Shown piece after piece: positions 51,301 through 64,000 of a stretch of DNA of 64,000 nucleotides. Origin of the DNA: Marsupella aquatica (Eukaryota > Plantae > Marchantiophyta); the NCBI GenBank assembly GCA_973895155.1, contig OZ316894.1:7774234-7838233 (forward strand), read 5' to 3'. Below the pieces are notes generated by a model. It had not been told where the DNA came from, searched no databases, and saw nothing but the letters and a program-made list of their open reading frames with translations. Position numbers and translations under genes: made by a program. Position 1 is the first letter of the stretch. Every line of letters starts with the position of its first letter.

Positions 51301-51620
51301 ACAAAGTAGGGTTTTTTTAAGACAAAAGCGATAGCCTGGATCATGAATATCATAGAAAATATATTTTTGGCTCTTGAAAATGATTTATTTGTTTGTGAGC
51401 GCAAAAACTCCAGTTATCTTCCTTGATTTTTCCTGTTTACTGTTTCCTGTCACGGAGGTCAGGCCCCTTATAAATGGACTTATATACAATAGAAAATCAA
51501 GATGGTTAAAGGGTGCAGATTCACCTTCACCATGTGAATTCACCTCCAACACCAAAATAAAAGGCAAATTATATCTTTCCCTCATCTTTACATCTTTTCC
51601 TTGACATCTTTTCCTCATCT
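48400..51620. mobile_element. AT-rich foldback-like element with long degenerate inverted repeats
   Basis: 48517-48590 (ccgtgaaaggaaacagtaaaca..aagataacaggagttttgtgcgc) is the inverse of 51398-51455. Weaker similarity extends both ways; true ends and TSD not found. Confidence 0.5.
49150..49990. repeat. Tandem array of ~116 bp units, each with a palindromic core
   Basis: About 7 copies of cattactagc-tcccggc-gctagtaatg (10-bp stem, 7-nt loop); dispersed degenerate copies near 48695, 50143 and 51265. Confidence 0.88.
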
Positions 51621-53807
51621 TTACATATTTTTCTCACCTCACTATCGTTTCTCTCCTTGACATTGTTTTCTCCCCTCGACTTCTTTTCCTCACCTTGACA
51701 TGTTGTTCTCTCATTGACATCTTTTTTCACCTTGACATCTTGCCCCACCTCAACCTATTTTCTCACGGCAACATCTTTTGTGCAAAGCATAGCATCGCGC
51801 TAGTCAACTACAATATTTCAATCATGAAATTCCAAGTTTACTGGGGAACAATACTTTCTGAAAAATCTAGACGATAGATTTTGGAGGTGCACTATCTACC
51901 CAAAAATATGTAATCAGTAAATTGTGTAAAATCCCAATTTGCTCTTGAAAAATCAGTGCGGATAGTATTTTATCCCTATAGTAAACCCAATCTGCACTAA
52001 TATAGAGATCATCAGTGGGATCATGACTTTATGAATTCCTTTAGTTTTCCAACAAACATGACATTGGGACATTTTGTCAAGTACTAAGGAGATCATGTGT
52101 ATATAAATTTCTCTAGCTTTCCAATGAGCTTGATATTGAGAGATTTCATCAAATACTAAGAAATCTTTTGTTCCCACCTTTTTGTCCTTCAAATGAATTG
52201 AACATTAACAGATTTTATCAAATACTAAGAAGATTGTGAATTTTTTGAAGATCATAGACTACAAAGGAAGTTGGTTCCTTTTTTTCACAATAATATAGAG
52301 CCCAATTTACATTTCTATTGGTATGCTTTTTCAGAAACTAGCAATATTAATATAAGAAAAATTGGTGCAATCTAAAAAAGACATAATCTGCTACTTTGTT
52401 TTACTAAGCTATTTGATGTTTTAGTATTTATTTTCACTCGTTTGTTCTTTGGTAGTTCTTGGGTCTAGTTGTTTTTTCTTGTCTCACCTTAAACACAAAA
52501 TGTGTGGTGATGATGTGGTTGCAAGTTATGTCCCAGATTTTGCAAATAATTTCCCATGGGGTCCGTGAATAATTTGATATGATGCACGTTAGATTGATTT
52601 TGCAAAACCTCCCATGGGGTCTCTAAATCATTTAATATCATCAACACTAACTTCATTACTTGTCCAGCAAATGTAACTAGACTTGGCATGCCCCCTAGTA
52701 CTCTAAACCTTTAGAATAAATAATGAACACGCATAAAGTACTGTCAATATATGACAAATTGCTGCAATTGGTCATAGTGCAAAGGTACTGCCAAGCTCAC
52801 TAGTATATATCCACACACAAAAATGTTTGCAGGAAATGGCCAATTCATGCCATGCCAGCACCATAAACAGTTTATTTTTCAGTGTGGTTTAGCTGTGCTT
52901 CTGGCTCCTTACTCAGGTAAGCCCCCCTGGACATCACTTCCATTCCCACTGGGATGAAACGTCACCCTTGACATCAGTTTCATTCCCACAGGGCCTTTGA
53001 CACCTCTTGGTGACTTGGTCCTGCTAGGGCACTTGCCCCAAAGGTGCTCTTTGTTTCCAGTCAACCGTCATACTTTTTACTTAGCTCCGTAATAGCAAGA
53101 GGGCAAACCTGTGCTTCCTTACCTATCATACTAGGAACGATGTCGTCATCACATCTTCAGTAAAAAATTGCCATAGAAAGCTCGAATCTCTTACGACTAC
53201 TTTCTTCAAAACCTTTAGTGTATAGGCCTCTAATCCTCTCATCGAAAAACTAGAACTGAAGGGAGATTATCCTGAGAAATATTTCTTCTTTGGCAGATTA
53301 GAGGATATCGTCCGAAGTTGACATTCGTGAGAGATATCTGAACATGCCGACAATGGCTATTAGATCATTCTTTAAAGCACCATGTACACCCAACTTTTGT
53401 GTAGCAAATCCATCCCTTCTTTTCGGTTGCCCTGGTGTCAAGCATTGAACATACACCATCAAAACGTTAAATAGACTCAATTTCGGTTCTCTAAAATAAT
53501 GTCCCTGCGTTCTTGTTGACTATAGACAAGAAAGAATCTTGCTGTATGCAATAGCTTGACTGCAAGCCCAAAACATAAGTAGATCCAATCACTCAGCAAT
53601 AAAGCTTTCGATATGAGGTACTCATCTACTACCTGACGTGCTATGCCCAGGTGTTCCTCATTTTCAAGCCATAAGTACAGATGAAAAATTTGACTCTTTT
53701 CATTTGTATTACCTTTGTTCAGAAGGAACAGAACAGGGAGTTCTCGTCCAGTTGAATCCACAATCAGTTTGAGAGACCATGCTAAACACTGCGCCTGGCT
53801 GTGATGA

Positions 53808-54015
53808 TTAGTCCCCAGTAAGAGCTCGAGGCCTATGTTCAAGAGTAGAGACAGGCATGCCCTTGTCCCTCACAGCTCGAACAAAAGCCATATTTGCTGT
53901 AAGAGTCGGAGCATTCAAAAATTCACCTGTGCCAAAAACAATCTTGTGCCTCCTCTTGATTCTTCCAGAGAGAGGAAGTGACATCATACGGTTTGAAGGC
54001 CTGTCTGGTACTACT
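53808..54015 (-). CDS. UPF0415 / DUF1308 (C7orf25-like) protein, exon 4
   Basis: VVPDRPS..KIVFGTG..TLTANMAFVRA..LEHRPRALTGD*, the characteristic family C-terminus. Acceptor AG at 54016-54017; phase matches exon 3. Confidence 0.88.
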
Positions 54016-54260
54016 CTGCGCACAGCATTTGTGCCAATGGCTTTCAGCAATAAATAATTGTTGTGTCATATGATTGCGTCTTGAAACGACAAAGACCAAA
54101 CGATTGATTCCATTTGCTACAAGAATTTGAAACAAGCTACTACTATTCTCGAGTCCCATTATGGAGCACTTTCAAGTACATAGAAAGCTGGACTATCTAT
54201 GCTCAGAAAGTATTCCAACGGCACCAAAGACTCAGAAAAATATAGGTCCCTTAAAAACAC

Positions 54261-54427
54261 CTGATTCGTTGCAACAAGACCCTGGCTCTGTCATTCTCCT
54301 TCGGTCCACCAACAAGGGAGACTATTGAACAAAACTCATCGTATACATATTTCGAAACTACAGGTTGGCGAGCAGTCATTGCGTCTTCAATCTCAGGTAC
54401 CAGAGGTTTCTCCAACTCTGACAATGC
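54261..54427 (-). CDS. UPF0415 / DUF1308 protein, exon 3
   Basis: ALSELEKPLVP..EFCSIVSLVGGPKENDRARVLL; AG/GT boundaries in phase. Confidence 0.88.
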
Positions 54428-54643
54428 CTGCCAAAGAATCACTCTGTTCAAGTTATCTGTTGTAGGAATTTGATGATATTCTGCTCCACGAATGGTCCCA
54501 AAGTTCAAAACCTTCATGAGCAGAGGGTTGTGGAAGAGGAATCAATTTCTGCAAGTCCAATCCTTTTTCCTGCGAGACTTGGATGAATCAAGCGATGCCT
54601 AAGAATCTTGGCATAATATGTATGAACTGAACTCTCTTGTTAC

Positions 54644-55553
54644 CTGCTCACGAATGAAGGATGACATGCTGGGAAACCGTTTCTCCAGATCTGCCTGCGG
54701 CAAAGCTAGTAGATACTCAGCTCCCCCGTTGCTCACTTCCGATACCAGAGCAATCAGAGCTGTAGTGTCCAGATTCACCAACTTCTGACCGCCATCAGCC
54801 GCAAGTTGTTCATGCACTTGATCTGGTGAGAGCTGAAGCGACCTTTCGAGGCTAGTCTGTTGATCAGTCTGTTGATCAGCGGCGACAACTATGGGCAGCG
54901 AAGTCGAAGAGCCGATGTCATTGTCGTTTCGTGCAGTACATTCCCCTTTTCCTTCCACTGAACTGTTTTCATCCAATGCAGGTTCTTCTGCCTTGAGTCC
55001 TTTCCGATTCTGAATACGTACTTCGTATGTTTCCCATGTCTGATTCCAACGAGAAGCATTCTCTTTGACCTCAACTGCAAGCCATTCCCCTCCTTCAACT
55101 TCAGAGAATTCACACTCCCTCAGCGAGCTGTTGAAGTAGTCTGGTTGCCAACCGAAGATGCTGGAGTGCCGGAGAGCACCGCTAGAGGATGGCATGTAGG
55201 TGGCCCCGAAGTCGTCCCTCAATCCTCTATCGACTTCTTCTAGAACGCGCCCTGCAAAACAAAGGAAGATAGACTGCGGCTGTCTCACAACGTCAGCAGA
55301 GGCAGCTTGGAGCAGAAGGAGTAGTCGAGCTTTCAGCCCTTTCATATGCTTTCCCGTATCCGCCCAACGTATATATCTTGGATTTCGACTGGATAGAATG
55401 AGCCACACGGGCTTACCGTCAATTATACAAGCAATGTCCACATGCGCGGTTTCTGCTCCACCCAAAGCAAGGTTTTGCATTACCGCGGACACACCATCGA
55501 CTTGAGAGTGTTGCAAGATTCTGAACACGTTGACAAGGTGGTCCAAGTTGGAG
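54644..55553 (-). CDS. UPF0415 / DUF1308 protein, exon 2
   Basis: SSNLDHL..HVDIAC..WLILSSRNP..VNLDTTALIALVSEVSNGG..REQ; acceptor 55554-55555, donor 54642-54643. Confidence 0.9.
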
Positions 55554-56539
55554 CTGCAATCACAAGAGTAATGTGGAACGAACTCAGAATCTCTATCGTT
55601 CATTTTTTCAGGATCTGCAATAGTGAACATAATCACGGCTAATATGTTGCTAAAATACAACTTCCATGAGCTTTCTCGCAATTAAATCGGTCTCTTTGCA
55701 AGCCTAGTTAGCATGATGCTGCCACATTGTGACTAATCTATTTCCTCGCAAACCGAGTTGTCGGAGCTGGCATTTTACCATCGCCTAAATTCACAGGCCG
55801 TCATCATCTAAGGCTATAACCGAAGCCTGTTTGGACTTAGGATCCTTTGCCTCGAAATAAAAAAATTTTAAATCCAAAAAAATTATAAAATGTGTAGAAA
55901 GCTTTCACGCTCGTCAAACGCAATTTGTTTTGTCATTTGTTCGTGTGTTGCTTCTTTGCACGAAATCAAGAGACTAGGAAAACCTATTCTCAAGAAGGTC
56001 AATTTCTTCCATTCATAATGCGCTTAAAGCACTCAACTACTTTCAGTTTGCCATCGCTCTGAAACTCCCGAATAAAAAGAACAGATCGATGTCGAAGGCC
56101 GACAACGACTTACCGCACATAAAAAATAAATCATAGGTCATATCAAATTTTAAATAGTCAAACAGAAAATACAGCAGCAAAGGCTAAAAACATGACAATC
56201 AAACGTTCATAGGGATGAAGGAAACCCTTACGAACAGAAGTCTCTGCAGTTAGTTCCGTGCAACATGTAGCGACTTTCTCCTCTGAATTCGACGATAGAA
56301 AATTCACAACTATAATTGCGCTCGGGACCATCAAAGACCGGAACACCCTGGCGATGAGCAGATTGTAGTTCCTAACATGACTCATACGGAGGCATAATTG
56401 CCGTCCACTGAATTCGCTCTATTGCGAAAACGGTTGCCCCTCAAAGAACTGTACATAATCACTCATTCTTCTTCTCAACAACAGACCAAAAACGGGGCGC
56501 GGTGGTGGAAAGAGCTCCAAAAATCAAGCAACACTGTAC

Positions 56540-56865
56540 CTGCGGAGCGCGGGGCAAGAGGAGACATCGGACGGCAGCGGGAGAGCGGCCAGACGGGTCA
56601 AGAATGAAAGCTCGGCCCGCACGAGCTTTTGCAACCGAGCCACCCCTACGGAAGGCAATCCTCCTCCTCCTCCTCCTCCTCTTCCACCCCCGGCTGCGCG
56701 CGATCGCAACTCCTCTTGCAATGCGCGGCCGAGTGCGAGCAAATCTCGGACTCTGCTGCTGGAAAGGTCCTCGTCCTCCATCGCTGCTCCTCGGGAGAGA
56801 TTGTTCGTTCGCGATGCAATTCTCGGGTCTGTTCGTTGGCTCACGAATTCATTCTCTTTCATCAC
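56540..56865 (-). CDS. UPF0415 / DUF1308 protein, exon 1 (start may be the downstream MEDEDL ATG)
   Basis: GVARLQKLVRAELSFL matches the family N-terminus; the donor GT at 56538-56539 is in phase with exon 2. Confidence 0.8.
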
Positions 56866-59728
56866 TCGCTTTGTGCGCTTCAGTTCGTTCAGATGGTTGC
56901 GGAGGACTTTGGTCGAGGGTGGAAATGCAGAATTAAGTTTGGCAGCAGACTAGTGGATTTCTCGAGGATTCGCCTCCATCTCGTCTAGTAACGTGTTCAC
57001 TTTATGAGTCACTCATTTCCGAAATCTAAGAATGTTAAAAAAACATCCATTAAGAAGTGTAGAACCGGAGGGGCACAGAAGGGGGATTGAGCTTGATAGC
57101 AGTTTTCATAGATCACCATGAAAGTGGACCAGTTGCTCACAAACTAATTGGGCACAGATCGCCATTGAAACTGACACCAATTGGTCCGAAAACATGGGAT
57201 TTGAACTTGAGACCAGTTAGTTACAAATCACCATTGAACTTGACACCAGTTGGTCACTTATCACAACTCTCACATCATATGTCAATCATTTCAATAGTAC
57301 TTTTGTCTGGAATGAATGTGAAGTCATGTAAAATGAAATGTGAATATTTTTCAAACAGTATTTTTTCAAGGATGAATGTGAAGTCATATACAGTAAAATG
57401 TGTGTAAGTGTAGGCTGACCATCAGTAAGTTAAAATTCGAATGGAGCAGAAGGGCAAAGAATAATTTATATTCACTACTAAAGTTCCCAATGGAGTAAAG
57501 GGAAGAATAGTTTTTTTCAAAAATGTCTCTGTGCCACTTAACAGCAAGTGCATGTATTTCAGGATATTGTCAGTGTATTTCTGGATATGGTAGGGCCGGG
57601 CATTTCCTGATACTGTAAGTGTGTTTCTGGATATTGTAAAGCCAGGCACACAGGAGCTGTACCAGCCGCTCCTCTTTTCTTGTTAGCCAAGGTGGCCAAT
57701 ATTTAACCCTACAGACAAGCACAGGTCTGGCTATAAAGTTAGTTTTGTCAATTAAGTACAGAGTACTTTCTGGCTAATGCTCCCCCTAGTGCTATCAGAG
57801 TGGTGGCAAATGGAATGTATTAATAAAAAAATTGCCTGAATATATTAATAAAATTTTAGCCTGTGCATCATTTGCCTGCCCATTTTTTAGCTCACTGATT
57901 AGTTAATTTTCGCTCACAAACAATGGCTGGCCTGTCCGCCTCATGTAAAAATCTAGGGTGTAATTAAGCAAATTTGTTCGACTCTTCTGCCTGTACACCT
58001 TGCTCACACTTCGAGGGCCCCCAAAAAGAGTTTCAATGTCACCATTTCAAACAAGACAACATATGTTTTGCGTCCGACACTTGACTCGTTGGTTCACATG
58101 TTTTTAATTTCAGGCCAGAGCAAAGGATTTTATGGATGGCACGGCACCTCAAGAGCAGGTGGCAGTCTTGACTAAGGAATACTAGAAACGTCATGCATAC
58201 TTAAATATCTCCGTTTCACAGTTGGCAATGTTAACTTTTGAATATAAAAGCAGACCATGATCGATGTACTGTTTGGAGACCCTACTACTCTCACCAATTT
58301 TCCTTGTGGGGGCATAGGAATTGCAGTTCTGTGCTCGACAATCGAAGTCTCTTTGATGCATTGAAATTGAGTTCAACGTAGAGTCTCCGGCAACACAAAG
58401 AAGACATACTTTCCCCCTTCTGATCGCCGGATTGTCTGAGACGAATGTAAGAAAATGATCGTATTTCCACTTAGGGATCCTTTTACCAAATATATCACTG
58501 GGAAGAGTGAGGACCAAATCAAATCGAATCACTCATATAAGTTCTCACATACTCCAATAAGTTTTCCCAAATTAACCAATATTCATGCAACTCGGTGCCT
58601 TCACAGAGCAGAGAAAGAACTTATGAGAAGTAATCTGAAAGTCTCAATGGAGGGAGTAGCCACGCAAAGGAGTAATATTTACGGCTCAGAGGTAATTTGA
58701 ACTCTTGTCATCTCACTTGAATGGGATAACAGGAGACAAAACGCATTCGAGATGGAAAAATCACGCCGTGGGCAACTGCAACGGTATAGAAGACACCAGT
58801 CAAGGTGGGATGCAATGTCTAGAAATTACCTTCGTAATAGAGTGCATTCGAAGCACAAAGGGTAAGCTTCCGCATGCAGAAAGATTCACACTGAGCACAC
58901 GCAATCCTAATGAAAAGGATCTCGTGGAATCAGCCTTACAAACAGATGGACTCTTTCAGCTCCGACATGGTGTGGTGAGCCACACGACTAAATCTTACCA
59001 CCAGCCCACTGTCTAGAACCACATCTAAAACGGTCTCAGTCTCTCGCAGTGCCAGACAATGCTCTGATTCTGGAGAAATCGACCTAATAAGGTAAGAATC
59101 GGAAGCTTGCCTCCCCCCGTCTCCACACACACATATCAACAATAAGTCTCAATCCTTATTCTTAACAAAACACCACGAACTGGACTACATTCAGCATATC
59201 CCCGCTACAATGCACCTTCTTCAACCCAGGACATCTTAACCCTAAGTCCTTCAGAGCTGAGAATTCGACACAGCAAATATCAAAATTTCTGATAAAAACC
59301 AACGTTTCCGCATATCATAGAACTAGACGGGACAGAGCAACATCATTATCAGATAGCTCTCGTAATTTGTACAGAAAATTTACCGACGATTCAAACAACT
59401 CTTCACTTCATCCGTGTGAAGCGGGGACAACTTTAATTTCAGTAGGTTCATGTGTGCCTCGTACTTCATAGATTAGAAACAACTCGATAGATTAGGAACA
59501 ACTCACATTCCAATATGCCGAGGGGTTGGTTGGCGTGAAAATGTTGAATCATCCAACACGTAGAATACATTTCGCAATATTTGATGATTGTATGTTCAAA
59601 GATCTGGGCATCCCCTCGGCACGATGTCTATCTCCAGGGGACATGACCCCAGACTTTCATGGCCCCCGCAATTTGTTACACTCCTAAACTAAAAATCAAA
59701 AGTTAGGTCATGGAAACAGCGCACTCTG

Positions 59729-60448
59729 TCAGCCCTTTTCCGTCTTCCTTCTCAAGCTGCCCGCATCGTCTTTCTCCTTCGTTAGGCGCTCATTCACTTT
59801 TTCAGGAGTTTTCTTCCCTATGGAAACCGCTACACTGGCTCTCCCCTCGGCAGAAGTTGTCACTTTGCTAGCCTCTTTGTCTGCCTTTCCTTCGGTAGCT
59901 GCACCCTTGCTGCCCTCCTTCTCGGCCTTCGGTACAACTTCCGATGCTGCAGCTGCCTTCTCCTTCAGCTCCCTCTCCGCCTTCTCCTTCAGCTTCAATG
60001 TCTTCCGCATGTCGTAAGCGTCCTCACTGTCCGCATAGTACTTGGCCTCGATGTCATTAATTTTGTATCCTAACGTTTCAGTGTAAAGATGGAATGCAGC
60101 CCGGTTGCTCTTCCTCACATGCAGGGACACGTACTCAGCCCCAAACACCTCTTGCATGGCGCGCTGGGCGGCGGTCATAAGCTTGGTGGCCAAACCGAGT
60201 TTACGATGAGTACGTAGAACGGCAAGAGAAGTGATATGGCCGTGGCATTCCGTCGACTCTTCCTCCATTTTGGCAAGCACGTATCCCACGATCTTCTTGT
60301 TGTAGTCCTCCGCCACGTACAGCAGCTGCGGCCAGGAAAGAATGTGGTACAGGTAGTATTTCATCTGGTAGTTTTCGGGAAGACACAGGAGATTGCAATT
60401 CTGCATCGCCAGCAGGTCGTCCACTGTGGCCTGCCTTACGCACACCAT
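59729..60448 (-). CDS. NAA10: N-terminal acetyltransferase A catalytic subunit (ARD1/NAA10), 239 aa, intronless CDS
   Basis: [91 protein letters not shown]. Confidence 0.97.
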   Translation of the reverse strand: MVCVRQATVDDLLAMQNCNLLCLPENYQMKYYLYHILSWPQLLYVAEDYNKKIVGYVLAKMEEESTECHGHITSLAVLRTHRKLGLATKLMTAAQRAMQEVFGAEYVSLHVRKSNRAAFHLYTETLGYKINDIEAKYYADSEDAYDMRKTLKLKEKAERELKEKAAAASEVVPKAEKEGSKGAATEGKADKEASKVTTSAEGRASVAVSIGKKTPEKVNERLTKEKDDAGSLRRKTEKG

Positions 60449-61209
60449 GGTTCCTCCCTTTTTTGCCTTCAAGGTGACGGTGCTGACCTAAACGAAGGGA
60501 CAGTCCAACAACAACGCGCTCACCACCAGGAAGACACCCTCAGGTAGGGTTTCCCCGATTCTGATCGTCTCCTGTCCTGTGCTACCTCTCCCCAGGAAAT
60601 GAGAGAAAGCAATGGTACCCTACTTATCCGCCTAAAATCGACATCAGAGAACAAATGGCCGATCAGCAATTCAATAACGTTCGCGATCAAAGCAATCGAA
60701 ATTGTCCAAAACAAAATTAAAAAGTCATCTGGCCTTTGGGAAGAGGCACCGAGAGACGACTACTGCACCGAGAAATGACTACTGCAACGAGGCCAATAAG
60801 AGAAGAATTGCTACCTCTGCCTCTCCACAGAGACGCAGAGAGAGCAGCGAGCATCCGGGGCCCCTCTCTTCTGCTTCCACTGTCACCACGTCGTCATCTT
60901 TGCGCCACTCCACCTAGATCCGGTGTCTTTCGTTCCTGTCAAAACTCTTCCCTACCTACACCATCGAGTGCGAGGGAGAGACGATGCGGAACACGAAACC
61001 ATGAAGTTCGAGCGAACGTTGATTGACAAGTGCACCGACTCGATACGAACCTCAACACTCGAGCGGCGAGAAGAAAACACTACGGTCGAGGACTGTCTTT
61101 GAGTACGCAATCCCTATCGAGGACACTGTCCCGGGAGTACCATAAAACGCCGAAATCATCGTGTCCTGATTAGGGCGTCTCGATCTCAAAGCTTCATATA
61201 GGTCTTGAC

Positions 61210-62586
61210 TTTTGGCCATAAACAAAATGGCCATAGCTTCATACACTGGCTCGTTAGGGATGATGGCTTTTGGCCATAATCAAAATATACTATAGGTCTT
61301 AGGGATGATGGCTTTTGGCCATAATCAAAATGGCCATAGCTTTTTCAGAGGGTTATCTAAGAGTGTTTTTTTCTTCACTAGCTTCTACACTGACTTATGG
61401 CATATGACATCCTTATAGGTAAAGGTTATGTAACACAAATTTGATAGTTCATGATTTTTTTCTGTCAATAACCTTAACTAGAGTTCAGGTCCATCATATT
61501 GTGAGGTTTGAGACCTCTACACGAACTAGGTCCATCAAATTTTGAGGTTTGAGACCCCTGGTAGAGTAGTCCTTAAATTTTGAGGTTTGAGACCCCTAGT
61601 AGAGGAGCTAGGAGTTCCTAGGTCCATGAAATTTTGAGGTTTAAGATCCTAGTAGAGGAGTTCCAGAAAAGACCAGTGGGGTTTTGGGAGCTGACGTCAA
61701 CCATTTTGGTAGTACAAAACAAACGAACTGAGGAGGGTTATTTGTAAGGTATTTCTTCCTTGCATGAAAGGAGAAGTTGCTCATAATGTTCTATATTCAG
61801 TTTTTCTATATTGATTTATGGTTAGATCTCCCTAGATTTAAGGAAAACCTCCAGGTCCTAGCTAATGGGATCCGTGGCTGGGTGGGAAACTGGCTGATCA
61901 TGAATAAATAAAACTGGCAAAGATTTTGCAGCAAGATATGAATATCAAAGTAGGAAACCACTACCCTACTATTAATTTGCCTGGCCCATTACCAAAAGAA
62001 CTCTATGAATATCAAAGTAGGAAACCACTACCCTACTATTAATTTGCCTGGCCCATTACCAAAAGAACTCTTTGGTCACAGTAAGTCTGAACAACGTATT
62101 CACATCCATGACCCTCCATCTCTCCTGCTTGGGTATGGCTGACACAACTTCCCTGGCATCTCTGCTCCTACTACAAAACCCTCCTCCCTGTATGGCTGCC
62201 ACAAACTTCCCTGGCATCTCTGCTCCTACTACAAAACCCTCCTCCCTCCTTGTCCTTTGTGCTAGGTTCTTCAGCCTCCCTCTGGCTGTGCACTGTAGTA
62301 TTCCGGCCCCATATTTTCCTTGTATATTCCAGAATGTGATCATACCCTCGCATACACAATCAAATTCTGGGATCCATATTTTCCCTGTATATTCGTTAAT
62401 GTGACCAAACTCTACCCTGGCATACACGATCCAATTTTGGGATGCCACCAATATTGACTTCAGTATTTTCAGTTAACCAAAAGAAAATTACCTGTATATT
62501 CCTTAATGTGACCAAACTCTACCCTGGCATACACGATCCAATTTTGGGATGTCACCAATATTGACTTCAGTATGTTCAGGTAACAA
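61210..62586. repeat. Cluster of short tandem duplications upstream of NAA10
   Basis: ttttggccataa repeats (61210-61340), ~40-bp ttgaggtttgagacc units (61490-61660), 67-bp exact pair (61937-62070), ~57-bp pair (62133-62247), ~108-bp period pair (62384-62586). Confidence 0.8.
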
Positions 62587-64000
62587 ACAAACAAAATTAT
62601 GCTTGCCATTTCTAGGAAATCGAACCTTCTTCATCCAGGAGAAAGACACACAGATTACTAGTGTTCCCACGAATCGATGACCCAAACACTTAAATGCCGT
62701 CAACCACCCAGTTCGATTGCCCAACAACGCCACATACTGGATGCCGACCCCCTAAAAAACATTTTCAATCTCTGTAGCCCAATGTCAATTTCAACTGGTC
62801 TCCAATTTGAAAGCTGGGCAACATTCCCTAGAAATTAATTTGCACGCACACAATTAGCAAGAGACTTCGACGACAGGCAAAATTCTGCGGGTGCCACTTT
62901 CTACTCGCCTAGTTGAGGAGATTTCGGAGCTACCAAACCATTCACAATAGGGATTTCCTCGTGCGGAAATTTCATCGTCTCATTGCTGTCATTCAGATGA
63001 CTGACGTCACTCAAGGTAGAGACTCCATACAAGCTAACGTTAGGCAAAGAGCAAAGCATTTAGCTGGACAGATGGCTCCATATGCTGGTGAGCTAGCCCA
63101 ACCATTCTTCAGCGCGGATAACTTTCATTACCCTTCCAAAACGCAGGTCTACTGTCGGTACCAGCACAGCCAGTGCAGGATTTGTGTACGGTCTTTCCAC
63201 AAATTCCTACTTATTCCTGTTGACAAAGTCTAGCATAGCTACTTCCGCTGCCCTAAGAGGAGCCTTCAACAGGCTGACAACAACGATAATGTCTCATTCC
63301 CATCTACAGGTTCCTGCAGGTCTTCTGCAGCCCCAAGAATCCGGGCATTTCGCTTCTCAAGTAATTACGATTGATATGTCCCTTCAATCAAGCCTTCTAT
63401 GTACACGCGTGCATAGCAACTACTACCATAACGACACAAAACAATTAGCAATCGTCAAACTGTTTTAACAGGGGTATTAACGGTTAGAAAACTGCAAAAT
63501 GTTTCCAAGTTCGAATTGCCATTTTTTGGACAGACTCGTGTCAATTTTCTGGGGCTGTCTCAATCATGCAGGGCAACTTAGCATAAAATTGCTGATTCAA
63601 ATGGTGACGTTCAAGGTAACCCCAGAGCCAAGCTCAGCTGATGGCAGTTATCAACAACAATACATATGTCCACCTGAGCATCAGATGAAAGAGACTGAAG
63701 AACAGCCAAAGTGTTTTCTGTACTAGAGGTGGACTGAGCAACTAACCCAGAGACCATCACCGCAATTATGTAATTACATTTGTGGCCTCTTTGTATAAAA
63801 TTACAGTCATAGTAACGCCTTCTTCTGTATGAGTAGATCAGTAAGGTCCTCAACCCCACGCAGAACCCTTTCGTTCCAACTTGCAATCCAGCTGCATTAG
63901 CCCAAGTATAATCAACCACACTTACTATAAGTATTGTACGTTATATTCCAGTTTTGCTTGGACCCCTTGACAATATTCCAGCAGTCTTGAATCTCGAGTT

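Noticed and set aside
48629-51958. CACTA element bounded by cactg..cagtg
   Set aside because: No extended TIR match and the flanks (tta / cgg) give no TSD.
62700-64000. Possible exons of another gene at the window end
   Set aside because: The short ORFs have no recognisable similarity and the window ends before a structure can be established.

Overview
Eukaryotic land-plant nuclear DNA. A non-seed plant such as a liverwort is my inference from the gene and transposon style. About 11.8-47.6 kb is one decayed minus-strand Helitron-type RepHel element broken up by insertions, most of whose ends and target-site duplications (TSDs) can be read directly. These are a MULE-like MITE, a solo LTR, a gag-less Bianca-type copia, a gag-only Bianca-type fragment flanked by a 392-bp duplication, a small TIR element with a ~16-bp direct repeat, and a non-coding Bianca-type LTR element. 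That last element holds an L1 LINE, which holds a Tnt1-like copia, which holds a TIR element, solo LTRs and a LINE fragment, giving six nesting levels. The left 11 kb has a probable LRR pseudogene, a faint gypsy relic, a ~520-bp repeat with long variable flanking direct repeats and a tRNA-like Pol III motif. The right end has an AT-rich foldback-like element with a hairpin array and two intact host genes: a 4-exon UPF0415/DUF1308 (C7orf25-like) gene and NAA10. I see no clear new protein-coding system; the unusual signals are structural features of mobile-element ends. All alignments and mismatch counts were done by eye.
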